A stretch of 35,920 nt of DNA from an uncultured virus (IMG/VR IMGVR_UViG_3300025070_000018) (IMGVR_UViG_3300025070_000018), one strand, 5' to 3'. Numbered from the stretch's first letter, positions 15,463 through 25,089 are shown. The notes: generated by a model from the sequence alone, not told the origin. Numbers and translations: made by a program.

Positions 15463-17886
15463 ATGGCAGTAGAAAAACAATTTGACATTCCAGAGGGAGA
15501 AGAACTATCTCTCTTTGAAGACTTACCAGAAACACCAGAGCAAGACACTAATGTAATGGCAACACCTGATGGTGGTGCAGAGATTACACTAGAAAATAAA
15601 GCAATGGCAGAAGAAGCTGAGGCAATGGGTCTCTTTGACGATATGGAGATGAGCCCTGATGCAATGCAGCATGATGCGAACCTCGTAGATTTTATAGATG
15701 ACAAAGAGCTAGGCGCTATTGGCAATGAGCTACAAGATTCATTTGAACGTGACAAACAATCAAGAGATGAATACGATTCTATTGCCGAAGATGGTGTAGA
15801 CCTTTTAGGTTTTAAAGCAGAAGAAAGCGATGAGCCATTTCCTGGAGCATGTGCTTCTTCACATCCTGTACTATCACAGGCGGTTGTAAAGTTTCAAGCA
15901 AAAGCATATAAAGAATTATTTCCCACTGAAGGTCCAGTGCGTACACGAATTGTTGGTTTACAAACTCAACAGAAAATGGAGCAAGCAAATCGTGTGCGTC
16001 ACTTTATGAATTATCAAACACAAGTTCAAATGCCTGAGTATGGTCCTGAGCTCGATCGTTTGCTATTTTATGTAGCGCTTTATGGTTCTGCATTTAAGAA
16101 AACATATTGGGATGTTAGTTTACAAAGACCAAGAACTGAATATGTTAAAGCACAAGATTTTTACATTGACTACTACGCGTCGGATTTAGAAACTGCTGAG
16201 AGATTTACTCACAAGTATTCTATGTCTATGAATCAAATCAAAAAGTTTCAGATGGCTGGAACATTTGCTGATGTAGAAGTTAATGATAGTTACTTAGATG
16301 AGTCAGCTGCTCAAGAAGCTTCTGATGAAATCTTAGGTGTGACTAAACCATATGGTGATACTGACCGTGTAGAAATTTTAGAGATGCACGTTAACTTAGA
16401 TTTACCAGGCTTCGAAGATCCAGATGGATTAAAACTTCCTTACATTGTTCACATGACAGATGAAGGAAAGATTCTGGCAATTCGCAGAAACTGGAATGCA
16501 GAAGATTTTAAAAAAGAAAAAAAATTATACTTCACTCATTACTACATGATTCCTGGTTTAGGTTTCTATGGTTATGGATACTTACACTTGATTGGAGGCT
16601 TAACCAAAACCGCAACATCATCTATGAGACAATTAGTAGATGCAGGTACGTTCGCAAATTTACCTGGCGGATTCAAAGCACACGGACTACGAGTGTTAGC
16701 ACCAGACGAGCCTATAGCTCCTGGTGAGTGGAGAGAAGTTAATAGTCCTGCGGGTGACTTAGGTAAATCATTACAACCTTTACCATTCAAAGAACCTTCA
16801 GGAACTTTATTTAATTTAATGCAGTATGTTGTTAATGCTGCAAAAGAGTTTGCTGACTCGACCGACAACATAGTAGACCAAGCGTCAAACTATGGTCCAG
16901 TCGGTACAACAATGGCTTTGCTTGAGCAAAGTTCAAAGTTGTTCAGCGCTGTGCACAAGCGTCTGCATAACGCCCAATCCAAAGACCTGCGAATCTTAGC
17001 GAGATTAGATTTTGAGTATCTTCCTGATCTGTACCCGTATGAGGTCGCAGGTGGTGCACAGCAAGTTTTCAAAAATGATTTTAATTTAAAGTCAATTGAT
17101 GTTCTTCCTGTCTCTGATCCAAACATGCCAACTGAAGCGCATCGCATAGCAAAAATTAATGCCATCATGCAGATAGCACAACAGAATCCAAATGCATATA
17201 ACATGGAACAAATAGGCATGGAATTATTTTCTGCAATGGGTATTGAAGAGCCTCAAAGATATTTGAAGCAACAGCAACAACCTATCTCTGCAGACCCTGT
17301 AACGGAAAACATGGCATCTATGAAAGGTGCCCCTCTCACCCCGAGACCAGATCAAAACCATGATGCTCACATTGTATCTCATGCCTCGATGCTGCAGAAT
17401 CCTGCATACAAAGGAAACCCTGTAATGATACAAACTTTATCATCTCACATTCAAGATCACTTGGCTATGAAATACCGAAATGAAGTAGCGCAAATGATTG
17501 GCGATCCTCAGATTGTACAAGCCATGATGTCAGGTCAACCACTTCCACCAGAAGTAGAAAATCAAATTGCCTTGCTTACAGCAAATGCATCAGATTCTAT
17601 TATGAAGTTAGATGAAGAAAAACAAAAGATTATGTCTGGCGAAAAGAAAGATACGCAAGAACAACAGATTGAATTGCAACAACAAGATTTAGAACTACGC
17701 AAAGCAAGACTAGCCTTAGACGCAAAGAAGCATCAAGACGAAATGACATTAGAAGAATCAAAAGTAATTATCAATGATGAAAATACTGATCTCGAACGCG
17801 AGCGTAAGATGGCAAAAGATGCTATGGACATGGCAAAGCAAGGAATACAAAACGCAAAGATAATGATTAAACGAGAGGAGCTGTAA
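15463..17886 (+). CDS. Portal protein (P22-like, long)
   Basis: Follows TerL; GSAFKK, PGLGFYGYG, LVDAGTFANLPGGFK, PVGTTMALLE; C-terminal coiled coil. Confidence 0.9.
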   Translation: MAVEKQFDIPEGEELSLFEDLPETPEQDTNVMATPDGGAEITLENKAMAEEAEAMGLFDDMEMSPDAMQHDANLVDFIDDKELGAIGNELQDSFERDKQSRDEYDSIAEDGVDLLGFKAEESDEPFPGACASSHPVLSQAVVKFQAKAYKELFPTEGPVRTRIVGLQTQQKMEQANRVRHFMNYQTQVQMPEYGPELDRLLFYVALYGSAFKKTYWDVSLQRPRTEYVKAQDFYIDYYASDLETAERFTHKYSMSMNQIKKFQMAGTFADVEVNDSYLDESAAQEASDEILGVTKPYGDTDRVEILEMHVNLDLPGFEDPDGLKLPYIVHMTDEGKILAIRRNWNAEDFKKEKKLYFTHYYMIPGLGFYGYGYLHLIGGLTKTATSSMRQLVDAGTFANLPGGFKAHGLRVLAPDEPIAPGEWREVNSPAGDLGKSLQPLPFKEPSGTLFNLMQYVVNAAKEFADSTDNIVDQASNYGPVGTTMALLEQSSKLFSAVHKRLHNAQSKDLRILARLDFEYLPDLYPYEVAGGAQQVFKNDFNLKSIDVLPVSDPNMPTEAHRIAKINAIMQIAQQNPNAYNMEQIGMELFSAMGIEEPQRYLKQQQQPISADPVTENMASMKGAPLTPRPDQNHDAHIVSHASMLQNPAYKGNPVMIQTLSSHIQDHLAMKYRNEVAQMIGDPQIVQAMMSGQPLPPEVENQIALLTANASDSIMKLDEEKQKIMSGEKKDTQEQQIELQQQDLELRKARLALDAKKHQDEMTLEESKVIINDENTDLERERKMAKDAMDMAKQGIQNAKIMIKREEL

Positions 17887-20276
17887 TGACATTTCCTATT
17901 GTCGGATCAAATATACCAGGAGGTGCTTTTAGCATTGATAATTCCCTAAGATTTAATGATGATGATGGACCATCTTTACAAAGAACTCCATCAAGTGCAG
18001 GGAATAGAGCAGTTTGGACTTGGAGTGCTTGGTTAAAAATAAATCCTTTAGGGACTCTTAATATTTTCACTGCAGGTGGTTGGAGTGCAGGACAAGACGG
18101 AACAGGACTTGCCTTAATTAATGGTCAATTTTATTCTTATTGGAACACTCCCTCATCACCTACCATTTCATCTGCACTTTTTAGAGACCCATCAGCTTGG
18201 TATCATGTGGTTTTACAAGCGAATACATCAACTTTAAAATTATATGTAAATAGTGTTGAACGCAGTTCCAAGTCAATTAGTGGTAATGGTGCTATTAACA
18301 ACACAAATGAAATGGTAATGGGTAGATACTCCAATACAACTGGTGGGTATTTTGATGGCTACATGGCAGAGGTACACTTTATAGACGGAACTGCAAAAGC
18401 ACCTACAGACTTTGGTGAATTTGATGAAGATAGTGGTATATGGAAACCAATCGAATACACAGGAACGTATGGCACGAATGGTTTTTATTTAAAGTTTAAC
18501 AACACAGGTAATATAGGTGAAGATAGTTCAGGTAATGATAATACATTTTCTCCAACGAATTTATCTGGACCAACAGATATTACAACAGATACACCGACTA
18601 ATAACTTTGCTACTTTTAATTCATTATTTAAAAGAACATCAGTCAATCCTACTTTTTCAGAAGGAAATTGCAAAGTAGTACAAGGTGCTTCTAATGGAAT
18701 AGCTTATTCAACACAAGGTGTATTTAGTGGTAAATGGTACGCAGAAATAAAAGTAGATAATGTAGGCACTGCTACTTCTTGTGGAATTTTAGAGCCATTA
18801 GCATATGACAATGGCAACCCAGACACCCAAGCAATTTATTATCAGAGTAATGGTAATAAAAATAACAAAGGCTCAGCTAGTTCTTATGGTGCGAGTTATA
18901 CAACAGGTGATATTATTGGTATTGCTCTTGACGCAGATAATGGAACATTAGCATTTTATAAAAATGGTGCTTCTCAAGGAACTGCTTTTACAGGATTAGA
19001 TACAAACACTACATGGCTTATTGGTTGTCATGGATATATAAATAGTGGTAGTAGTGGTCAATCTGGTAATTATGGCAACCCACCATTCTCAATCTCATCT
19101 GGCAACAGTGACGATAACGGATATGGAAACTTTGAATACGCACCACCCTCTGGCTATCTAGCACTATGTACTCAAAACCTAGCAACTGAATCACCCCCTA
19201 CGATTGATGATGCAAGTCAATATTTTAATACCTTAACTTGGAGTGGAGATAATACGACAAGAAGTTTTACAGGTGTCGGATTTTCACCTGATTGGGTTTG
19301 GATTAAAAATCGTAATTCATCTGGCGGTCAAGTTGTTTATGACAGTGTTAGAGGAAATGGTAAACAACTTCAAACTCATGAAAGTGGTGCTGAACAAACA
19401 AATCCCCAATTTGGCTATGTATCATCTTTTAATTCAGATGGATTTACTTTAACGCCTGGTACTTATAGTGGCTATGAAAGTGGTAATGTTAATATGTCTG
19501 GTCGTACTTATGTTGGTTGGAATTGGAGAGGCTCAGATTCTAATGCAGTTTCTAACACTGATGGCTCAATCACATCTACAGTATCAGCTAATCAAACTGC
19601 AGGATTTAGTATTGTTACTTATACAGGAAATGGCTCTGATAATTCCACTATAGGTCATGGACTAGGCAAAGCACCTGCTATGATAATTTTAAAAGGTCGT
19701 AGTAGTGTAGAGGATTGGATGGTTTATCACAAAGATTTAACCGCAGGAAGTGAAATAAAATTAAACAGTACCTCTGCTCAAGCTGATGATGTGAACAATG
19801 CAACTTGGGGAGATAATCACCCTAGTTCAGTTGGCTCAAGTACCTTTGCGGTTGGGTATGCAGGAGATAGTAATTCAAATGGAACTACCTATGTTGCCTA
19901 CTGTTTCGCAGAAATAGAAGGCTACTCTAAATTTGGCAAGTTTTCAGGCAATTCAAGTTTGGATGGTCCATTTATTCACACAGGCTTTTCTACTAAATGG
20001 GTAATGTATAAAAATATTACTAGTGCAACCGATTGGATGATACTTGATGACAAAAGAATTCACAATGCAAGTAATTCACAACTTGATTATTTAGAGCCTA
20101 ATACTTATGACCCAGAGGGTGATATGAGATTAGAATTTTTAAGTAATGGATTTAAGCTTAGAGAAGACTCTGAAAGTGGTGCTAAATTTAATGTAACTGG
20201 AGAAACATATATCTACATGGCATTTGCAGAAAACCCATTTGTAACATCAGGCGGAGTACCTGTAACAGCCCGATAG
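17886..20276 (+). CDS. Virion fibre/adhesin-like protein with LamG (ConA-like), SPRY and repeated beta modules
   Basis: WTWSAWLK..FRDPSAWYHVV..FDGYMAEVHFIDG (LamG); SGKWYAE..GDIIGIALD..FYKNG (SPRY); repeated TW/YxGxx..GF/LxP modules. Confidence 0.8.
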   Translation: MTFPIVGSNIPGGAFSIDNSLRFNDDDGPSLQRTPSSAGNRAVWTWSAWLKINPLGTLNIFTAGGWSAGQDGTGLALINGQFYSYWNTPSSPTISSALFRDPSAWYHVVLQANTSTLKLYVNSVERSSKSISGNGAINNTNEMVMGRYSNTTGGYFDGYMAEVHFIDGTAKAPTDFGEFDEDSGIWKPIEYTGTYGTNGFYLKFNNTGNIGEDSSGNDNTFSPTNLSGPTDITTDTPTNNFATFNSLFKRTSVNPTFSEGNCKVVQGASNGIAYSTQGVFSGKWYAEIKVDNVGTATSCGILEPLAYDNGNPDTQAIYYQSNGNKNNKGSASSYGASYTTGDIIGIALDADNGTLAFYKNGASQGTAFTGLDTNTTWLIGCHGYINSGSSGQSGNYGNPPFSISSGNSDDNGYGNFEYAPPSGYLALCTQNLATESPPTIDDASQYFNTLTWSGDNTTRSFTGVGFSPDWVWIKNRNSSGGQVVYDSVRGNGKQLQTHESGAEQTNPQFGYVSSFNSDGFTLTPGTYSGYESGNVNMSGRTYVGWNWRGSDSNAVSNTDGSITSTVSANQTAGFSIVTYTGNGSDNSTIGHGLGKAPAMIILKGRSSVEDWMVYHKDLTAGSEIKLNSTSAQADDVNNATWGDNHPSSVGSSTFAVGYAGDSNSNGTTYVAYCFAEIEGYSKFGKFSGNSSLDGPFIHTGFSTKWVMYKNITSATDWMILDDKRIHNASNSQLDYLEPNTYDPEGDMRLEFLSNGFKLREDSESGAKFNVTGETYIYMAFAENPFVTSGGVPVTAR

Positions 20277-20289
20277 GAGGGGGCACGGT

Positions 20290-20568
20290 ATGGCTAAAGA
20301 CCCAAGACTAAAGAGAGCGGGAGTAAGCGGATTTAATAAACCGAAGCGTACTCCTAATCACCCGAAGAAGTCACACGTTGTGGTGGCAAAAGAAGGCGAC
20401 AAAGTTAAAACAATTAGATACGGTCAACAAGGCGTATCAGGCGCTGGTAAAAATCCAACAACTGCAAAACAAAAAGCTAGAAGAAAATCATTCAAAGCAA
20501 GGCACGCGAAAAATATATCTAAGGGTAAAATGTCTGCAGCTTACTGGGCTGATAAAAGCAAGTGGTAA
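20290..20568 (+). CDS. Highly basic conserved phage protein
   Basis: KTIRYGQQG...RRKSFKARH...SAAYWA. Confidence 0.8.
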   Translation: MAKDPRLKRAGVSGFNKPKRTPNHPKKSHVVVAKEGDKVKTIRYGQQGVSGAGKNPTTAKQKARRKSFKARHAKNISKGKMSAAYWADKSKW

Positions 20569-21125
20569 TGAAAGAACTTAGACTATTATTTTTTATATTG
20601 TTTGCGTTCACATTTGTAGCTGTTGCTACAGATTTAAAAGCTGAAACCAACACGGTGTCTTCAACCGTAGTTACAAACTCCACACCACCTACAGCTAATG
20701 CCCCATCCGTAATTAATTCTAACAGTGATATTTGTAAAGTTGGAGTTGGCTCTAGTGTGCAAAATAATGTTTTAGGTTTTGCTACAGGTTATGTAATAGA
20801 TGATGCGCTATGTCAAAATTTAAAATTGTCTAGGTCATTGTACTCAATGGGAATGAAAGTTGCTGCAGTATCTGTACTATGCCAAGACCCTCGTGTCTTT
20901 GACGCGATGACAGATGCAGGGACTCCGTGCCCATATAATGGTGCCATAGGAACAGAAGCTCAAGATGGTTGGAAGAATAATCCAGAGAGTATTCCTGATG
21001 GAAGTAAATATAAAATAGATTACGTTGAAGCCAACAAACCAGAAACACAGGAGCTTAGTGATGCGGACAATGCTTTATTATTTAAAACTTTGTTTATTCT
21101 TACTACTGGTATCCTTATCTTCTAA
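20568..21125 (+). CDS. Exported Cys-containing protein with C-terminal hydrophobic anchor
   Basis: Signal peptide MKELRLLFFILFAFTFVAVATDLKA; 4 Cys; ends LLFKTLFILTTGILIF. Confidence 0.75.
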   Translation: MKELRLLFFILFAFTFVAVATDLKAETNTVSSTVVTNSTPPTANAPSVINSNSDICKVGVGSSVQNNVLGFATGYVIDDALCQNLKLSRSLYSMGMKVAAVSVLCQDPRVFDAMTDAGTPCPYNGAIGTEAQDGWKNNPESIPDGSKYKIDYVEANKPETQELSDADNALLFKTLFILTTGILIF

Positions 21126-22515
21126 AGCAGACTGCCTTCCTGACATAGAAGGACTTTGTATTCCTGGCGTTACAATCACAGAAGATACACAAGTTGACAT
21201 TGTTGAAGAAGACAAAGGTACAGAAATTGTTACTACAACCACAACTACTGTAACTACCACTACTACCGCAATCACTAACGAAGATTCAGGAGACATTCTT
21301 GATGGTAATAATAGCTATGTCACTACAACTAAACAAGGCGATATGGATTACGATTGGGGTGGTGAAGGACCTGCAAATATTACTAGTGGTAACTCTTGCT
21401 ATGGTCTTGGTTCCGATAAATGTGCACAGATAACAGGTGGTGGTAATTCAACATCTACTATGGGTGTGCCAGGTATGGGCACAACATTTATAAATACAAT
21501 TGACATATCTGATTTAGAAATAGATAATGGTGGAAAAGTTAAATATACAATAGAGGTAGACAAACAAGATGCTCAAGATAGAATATACATGCACATTACA
21601 GGACTTAACGGAACTAGTCAAGTCTTTTCAGGTACTGACATCTTGTCTGAATCTGGAGTATCAACAGGCTACCAATCTTATAAAGGTTCTTTCGATTTCG
21701 GTGGCGTTCTAAAAACATTAAAGATTGAAATAGGCGGTAGAGATATTAATCTTGCTGTAGGTCCTGTGTTTGACGATGTGTCTGTTAATGTATTTTACAA
21801 TGTTATCAATACAATTGTTGAACAACAAATTACCTCAGTGGAAGAAATAGTTTACCTTAATATTTTTGATCCTGTAGAAATAGAGTTCGCAACAGAAGTT
21901 ATTGAGTTTAATGATATTACTGTAGATGAGGCAGGAGATATAGAGTTTGCTCCTATAGAATCACAGCCAGAAGAAGTATCATATGAAACTGTAGAACTAG
22001 AGATACAGGAGTTTGAATTGAATATTCCAGAACCTGAAGTTGCTAGTGTAGAAATAGAAGCTGAGATGGAATTAGAAATAGAAATGGAAGTAGCCCAGAT
22101 AGAGGAAGTAGTAGATGAGCAACCAACAGAAGAAGAAGCAACAGAACCCGATAGCGAAACTACTGAGGAGCCCGTTGTGGAAGTTAAAGATAGTACCGAA
22201 CAAGAAGACGTACAACAGGAAGAAGCTGAAGAGCCTAAAGAACCTGTAAAAGAACCTAGCGCCAAAGAGAAAGCGGCAACTAAAGTAGTAAAAAAGATTG
22301 ATGACAAAGCTAGATACGATGAATCAAATCAAATAAAAACATTAATAGTAATGCAAATCTTAGGCAATACTAAAACATTTTTCGATACTCAATCAACAAT
22401 ACAAGATGCAAATGTTAATGAGTATTTGAATAAAGTAATAGATGACCCATACGGTGATTTATTTATAGCAGAGCAGGGACAAATAATGGAGGAAATAATA
22501 AATGCCCAGTATTGA
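21061..22515 (+). CDS. Exported acidic protein with beta-sandwich-like domain and Glu/Pro-rich stalk
   Basis: GGAG RBS; signal MRTMLYYLKLCLFLLLVSLSSKA; Thr run; GPVFDDVSVNV; long E/P-rich tract. Confidence 0.75.
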   Translation: MRTMLYYLKLCLFLLLVSLSSKADCLPDIEGLCIPGVTITEDTQVDIVEEDKGTEIVTTTTTTVTTTTTAITNEDSGDILDGNNSYVTTTKQGDMDYDWGGEGPANITSGNSCYGLGSDKCAQITGGGNSTSTMGVPGMGTTFINTIDISDLEIDNGGKVKYTIEVDKQDAQDRIYMHITGLNGTSQVFSGTDILSESGVSTGYQSYKGSFDFGGVLKTLKIEIGGRDINLAVGPVFDDVSVNVFYNVINTIVEQQITSVEEIVYLNIFDPVEIEFATEVIEFNDITVDEAGDIEFAPIESQPEEVSYETVELEIQEFELNIPEPEVASVEIEAEMELEIEMEVAQIEEVVDEQPTEEEATEPDSETTEEPVVEVKDSTEQEDVQQEEAEEPKEPVKEPSAKEKAATKVVKKIDDKARYDESNQIKTLIVMQILGNTKTFFDTQSTIQDANVNEYLNKVIDDPYGDLFIAEQGQIMEEIINAQY

Positions 22516-22960
22516 GTATCAAGGAATGAAGTTTTCTGGAGGGAAATTCTTCATTATACTTTCACTGATCGGTGCCATTGTAGGTGGTGGCTGGTCTGGA
22601 TATAAATTTTATGATGACTATCTTACAATGAAAGCACAAGTGCAAGAATATACAGCACCTGACTTATCAAAGTATGATGAACAACTTGCTGTTTTAAAAT
22701 CAGAGCTAGACATGATCTTAGATGAGATTAACCTAGTGGCTTCAGTAGCCAGGGATTTGAAGACAGACATGAAAATGGATTTACGTCAGATGAACGGGGA
22801 CATTCGGCATATTACTGAGATCGTAAATGATGTTGAAGACAGGCAGAAAGCTGACACAAGAGAGATATTTGATGAGCTTAAGATTATTGAAGATGAATTA
22901 AAACTGGAGTTAGATAAGTCTTTAAATAATCCACTGTCAGGCTTGACATCTAAAAAGTAA
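22502..22960 (+). CDS. Single-pass membrane coiled-coil protein
   Basis: TM FFIILSLIGAIVGGGW followed by heptad repeats. Confidence 0.75.
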   Translation: MPSIEYQGMKFSGGKFFIILSLIGAIVGGGWSGYKFYDDYLTMKAQVQEYTAPDLSKYDEQLAVLKSELDMILDEINLVASVARDLKTDMKMDLRQMNGDIRHITEIVNDVEDRQKADTREIFDELKIIEDELKLELDKSLNNPLSGLTSKK

Positions 22961-22972
22961 TTACTATATAAT
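22943..22972 (+). promoter_or_regulatory. Sigma70-type promoter for hsp20
   Basis: TTGACA at 22943-22948, TATAAT at 22967-22972 (18-nt spacer). Confidence 0.6.
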
Positions 22973-22977
22973 ATACA

Positions 22978-23028
22978 TAGCTGCCGTAAGGGGCTAATTA
23001 ACTTCGCTTGCAAAGGAGGTATATTATG
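22978..23028 (+). promoter_or_regulatory. ROSE-like RNA thermometer candidate
   Basis: GUAA-capped hairpin, then UCGCU (23004-23008) able to pair with SD AGGAGG (23014-23019) with a bulged G. Confidence 0.6.
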
Positions 23029-23424
23029 ACAAGCCTAGAACAATACAATCCATTTTGGATAGGATTTGATGACCTGTTCAGTAGAATGGACTCATTCAAG
23101 TATACATCATTCCCACCATATAACATTAAGAAAGTAGACTCTGAAAACTATGAGATCGAAATGGCTGTGGCTGGTTTTACCAAAGATGATGTGACAGTAA
23201 AGTATGCAGAAAATACTTTAACCATCACGGGTAAAAAGAAAGACAATCAAGAACCCAATCAAATAATACACAAGGGTATATCTGAAAAGAACTTTACTAA
23301 GAAGTTCCAATTGGCAGATGACTTTGTAGTTGAAGATGCAGGGTTGCAAGATGGGCTGCTTTGTGTTAAACTTAAAAAAATAATTCCTGAAGAAAAGAAG
23401 GAAAAGATTATTAACATTAAGTAA
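23026..23424 (+). CDS. hsp20: Small heat-shock protein Hsp20 (IbpA-like)
   Basis: IGFDDLF, FPPYNI, IEMAVAGF, HKGISEKNFTKKFQL, DGLL, IPEEKK..INI; start after AGGAGG. Confidence 0.95.
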   Translation: MTSLEQYNPFWIGFDDLFSRMDSFKYTSFPPYNIKKVDSENYEIEMAVAGFTKDDVTVKYAENTLTITGKKKDNQEPNQIIHKGISEKNFTKKFQLADDFVVEDAGLQDGLLCVKLKKIIPEEKKEKIINIK

Positions 23425-23434
23425 TCAAACTTTC

Positions 23435-23463
23435 GGGGGTATCTTTCCAGGTGCCCCCTCTTT
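23435..23463 (+). terminator. Probable intrinsic terminator
   Basis: GGGGGTATCT-ttcc-AGGTGCCCCC followed by TCTTT. Confidence 0.6.
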
Positions 23464-23480
23464 AGGTCACAGGAGAACCA

Positions 23481-23699
23481 ATGTTAGATCAAGTTAAGAA
23501 TTATAAAGAACGTATGCAAAAAGTTTTGGCAGAAGCAATTGCTGCCAATAATCAGCAACTCCTTAGTGGATCAGCTGATGACTACGCAGCCTACAGATTT
23601 CTTGTAGGTATAGGTCAGACACTAAACGATATGTCTGATAGACTAGAAACGGAGTACAAGAAATTGTACAAAGACATTGCAGGAGGTAATGATGAATAA
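23481..23699 (+). CDS. Conserved small protein upstream of GroES
   Basis: LLSGSADDYAAYRFLVG pattern; AGGAG RBS. Confidence 0.75.
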   Translation: MLDQVKNYKERMQKVLAEAIAANNQQLLSGSADDYAAYRFLVGIGQTLNDMSDRLETEYKKLYKDIAGGNDE

Positions 23700-24021
23700 A
23701 CTACCAAAGCCGCAAGGCTACCGTATGTTACTGAAACCATGGGAACCGCCAATATCAACATCAGGTGGAATCTTATTATCTGACCAAACCAGAGAGCTAG
23801 CAAAGTTTGCTTGCGTGGTATCTCAAGTAATTGAGATGGGTCCAGAGTGTTATAAGAATATGGACAAATCAGAAACAACATGGTGTAAAGTAGGAGACTA
23901 TGTGCTTACAGGAAAGTACGTTGGACTAAAGTTCAAGTATGAAAACGAAGACTATTCTATCATCAATGATGATGAAGTAGTGGCAATCGTACCAGAGCCA
24001 GATAAAATAAAACACAGATAA
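23692..24021 (+). CDS. groES: Co-chaperonin GroES-like protein
   Basis: PQGYRMLL, TSGGILLS, MGPECY, WCKVGDYV, IINDDEVVA. Confidence 0.9.
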   Translation: MNKLPKPQGYRMLLKPWEPPISTSGGILLSDQTRELAKFACVVSQVIEMGPECYKNMDKSETTWCKVGDYVLTGKYVGLKFKYENEDYSIINDDEVVAIVPEPDKIKHR

Positions 24022-24025
24022 GCAC

Positions 24026-24055
24026 TTGCAATATACCCACAAAATGTGGTATTAT
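24026..24055 (+). promoter_or_regulatory. Probable promoter for the head genes
   Basis: TTGCAA-N18-TATTAT with TG extension; spacer contains the palindrome CCACA-aaa-TGTGG. Confidence 0.5.
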
Positions 24056-24100
24056 ATTGTTCACAGCGTGAAACGCAGTTCGCAACTGACGGAGGTATAA

Positions 24101-25078
24101 ATGATAGAAGACCCAAAACAAGAAGAACTTAATCAAGAGGATGAACTCGAGATTGAGATTGATGAAGGGGGGCACGAAGAGAGCCAACCTGAAGAGCAGC
24201 CAGCTCCAGAACCAGAAACTCCCGAAACTGATGAAGTTGAAGATGAAGATCCTGTAGAGGAAGAAACACCTGAATTAATTCCAGAAGAAGAGGAAGAGTC
24301 TGATGACAAAACCAAATATGGCAAACGAGCTGAGAAGCGAATCAAACGCCTAGTCAAGCAACGTAAGGAGCTTGAGGAAAAATTAAAATCACTAGAAGAT
24401 GAGAAACAAAAGTTTCAGTCTGAACGTGAAGAACTTCTAGGTAGATCCGCAGAGTCAGAACTAGCTGCAGTTACGCAGTACGGTGACAGACTTAAGGCTC
24501 AAGAGAGAGAAGTACTAGCTACTCTTAAAGATGCTAAATCAAATGGTGATGTAGATAAAGAAATAGAAGCTACCGATAAGTTAGCTTCGATTAAAGCTGA
24601 GTCTCTCATTGTTAAACAGTACGAAGAGAAAGCTAAGTCAGCTTCTACTAAAAAAGTTTCTGCTGAAGAAACTGTTGAGAAGCCGCAAAATAACACTCCT
24701 GTCCCAGACAGAAGAGCTATTCAGTGGCAGAAAAGAAACTCATGGTTTGGTGGGCAAAACCAATCTGAAAAGATTATGACCCAAGCAGCCATGGTAGTAC
24801 ACAAGGAGTTAATAGATGAAGGTATATATCCTGACGCTGATCCTGGTGAGTACTATAGTGAACTTGATGCTCGCATCCGTTCTGAGTTTCCTGAAAAATT
24901 CAAGACAGCGAGTACAGCGAAAAAAGTACAAGTAGTAGCGGGTGGAACGCGCACTTCCCCCAGTGGCAAACAGAAAGTCACATTGACTAAATCAGAGGTA
25001 GACACTGCTAATAAGTTAGGAGTATCTTTACAAGAATATGCGCGACAAAAAATGCGCCGAGATGGAACGGCGGGATAA
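24101..25078 (+). CDS. Putative capsid scaffolding protein
   Basis: Acidic N-terminus, long coiled coil, W..RNSWFG, C-terminal ANKLGVSLQEYA; upstream of MCP. Confidence 0.7.
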   Translation: MIEDPKQEELNQEDELEIEIDEGGHEESQPEEQPAPEPETPETDEVEDEDPVEEETPELIPEEEEESDDKTKYGKRAEKRIKRLVKQRKELEEKLKSLEDEKQKFQSEREELLGRSAESELAAVTQYGDRLKAQEREVLATLKDAKSNGDVDKEIEATDKLASIKAESLIVKQYEEKAKSASTKKVSAEETVEKPQNNTPVPDRRAIQWQKRNSWFGGQNQSEKIMTQAAMVVHKELIDEGIYPDADPGEYYSELDARIRSEFPEKFKTASTAKKVQVVAGGTRTSPSGKQKVTLTKSEVDTANKLGVSLQEYARQKMRRDGTAG

Positions 25079-25089
25079 GGAGTAGATGA

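Noticed and set aside
21230..21270. ACT/ACA/ACC triplet run as a DNA repeat element
   Set aside because: It encodes a poly-Thr linker with mixed codons, so it is a protein-level feature.
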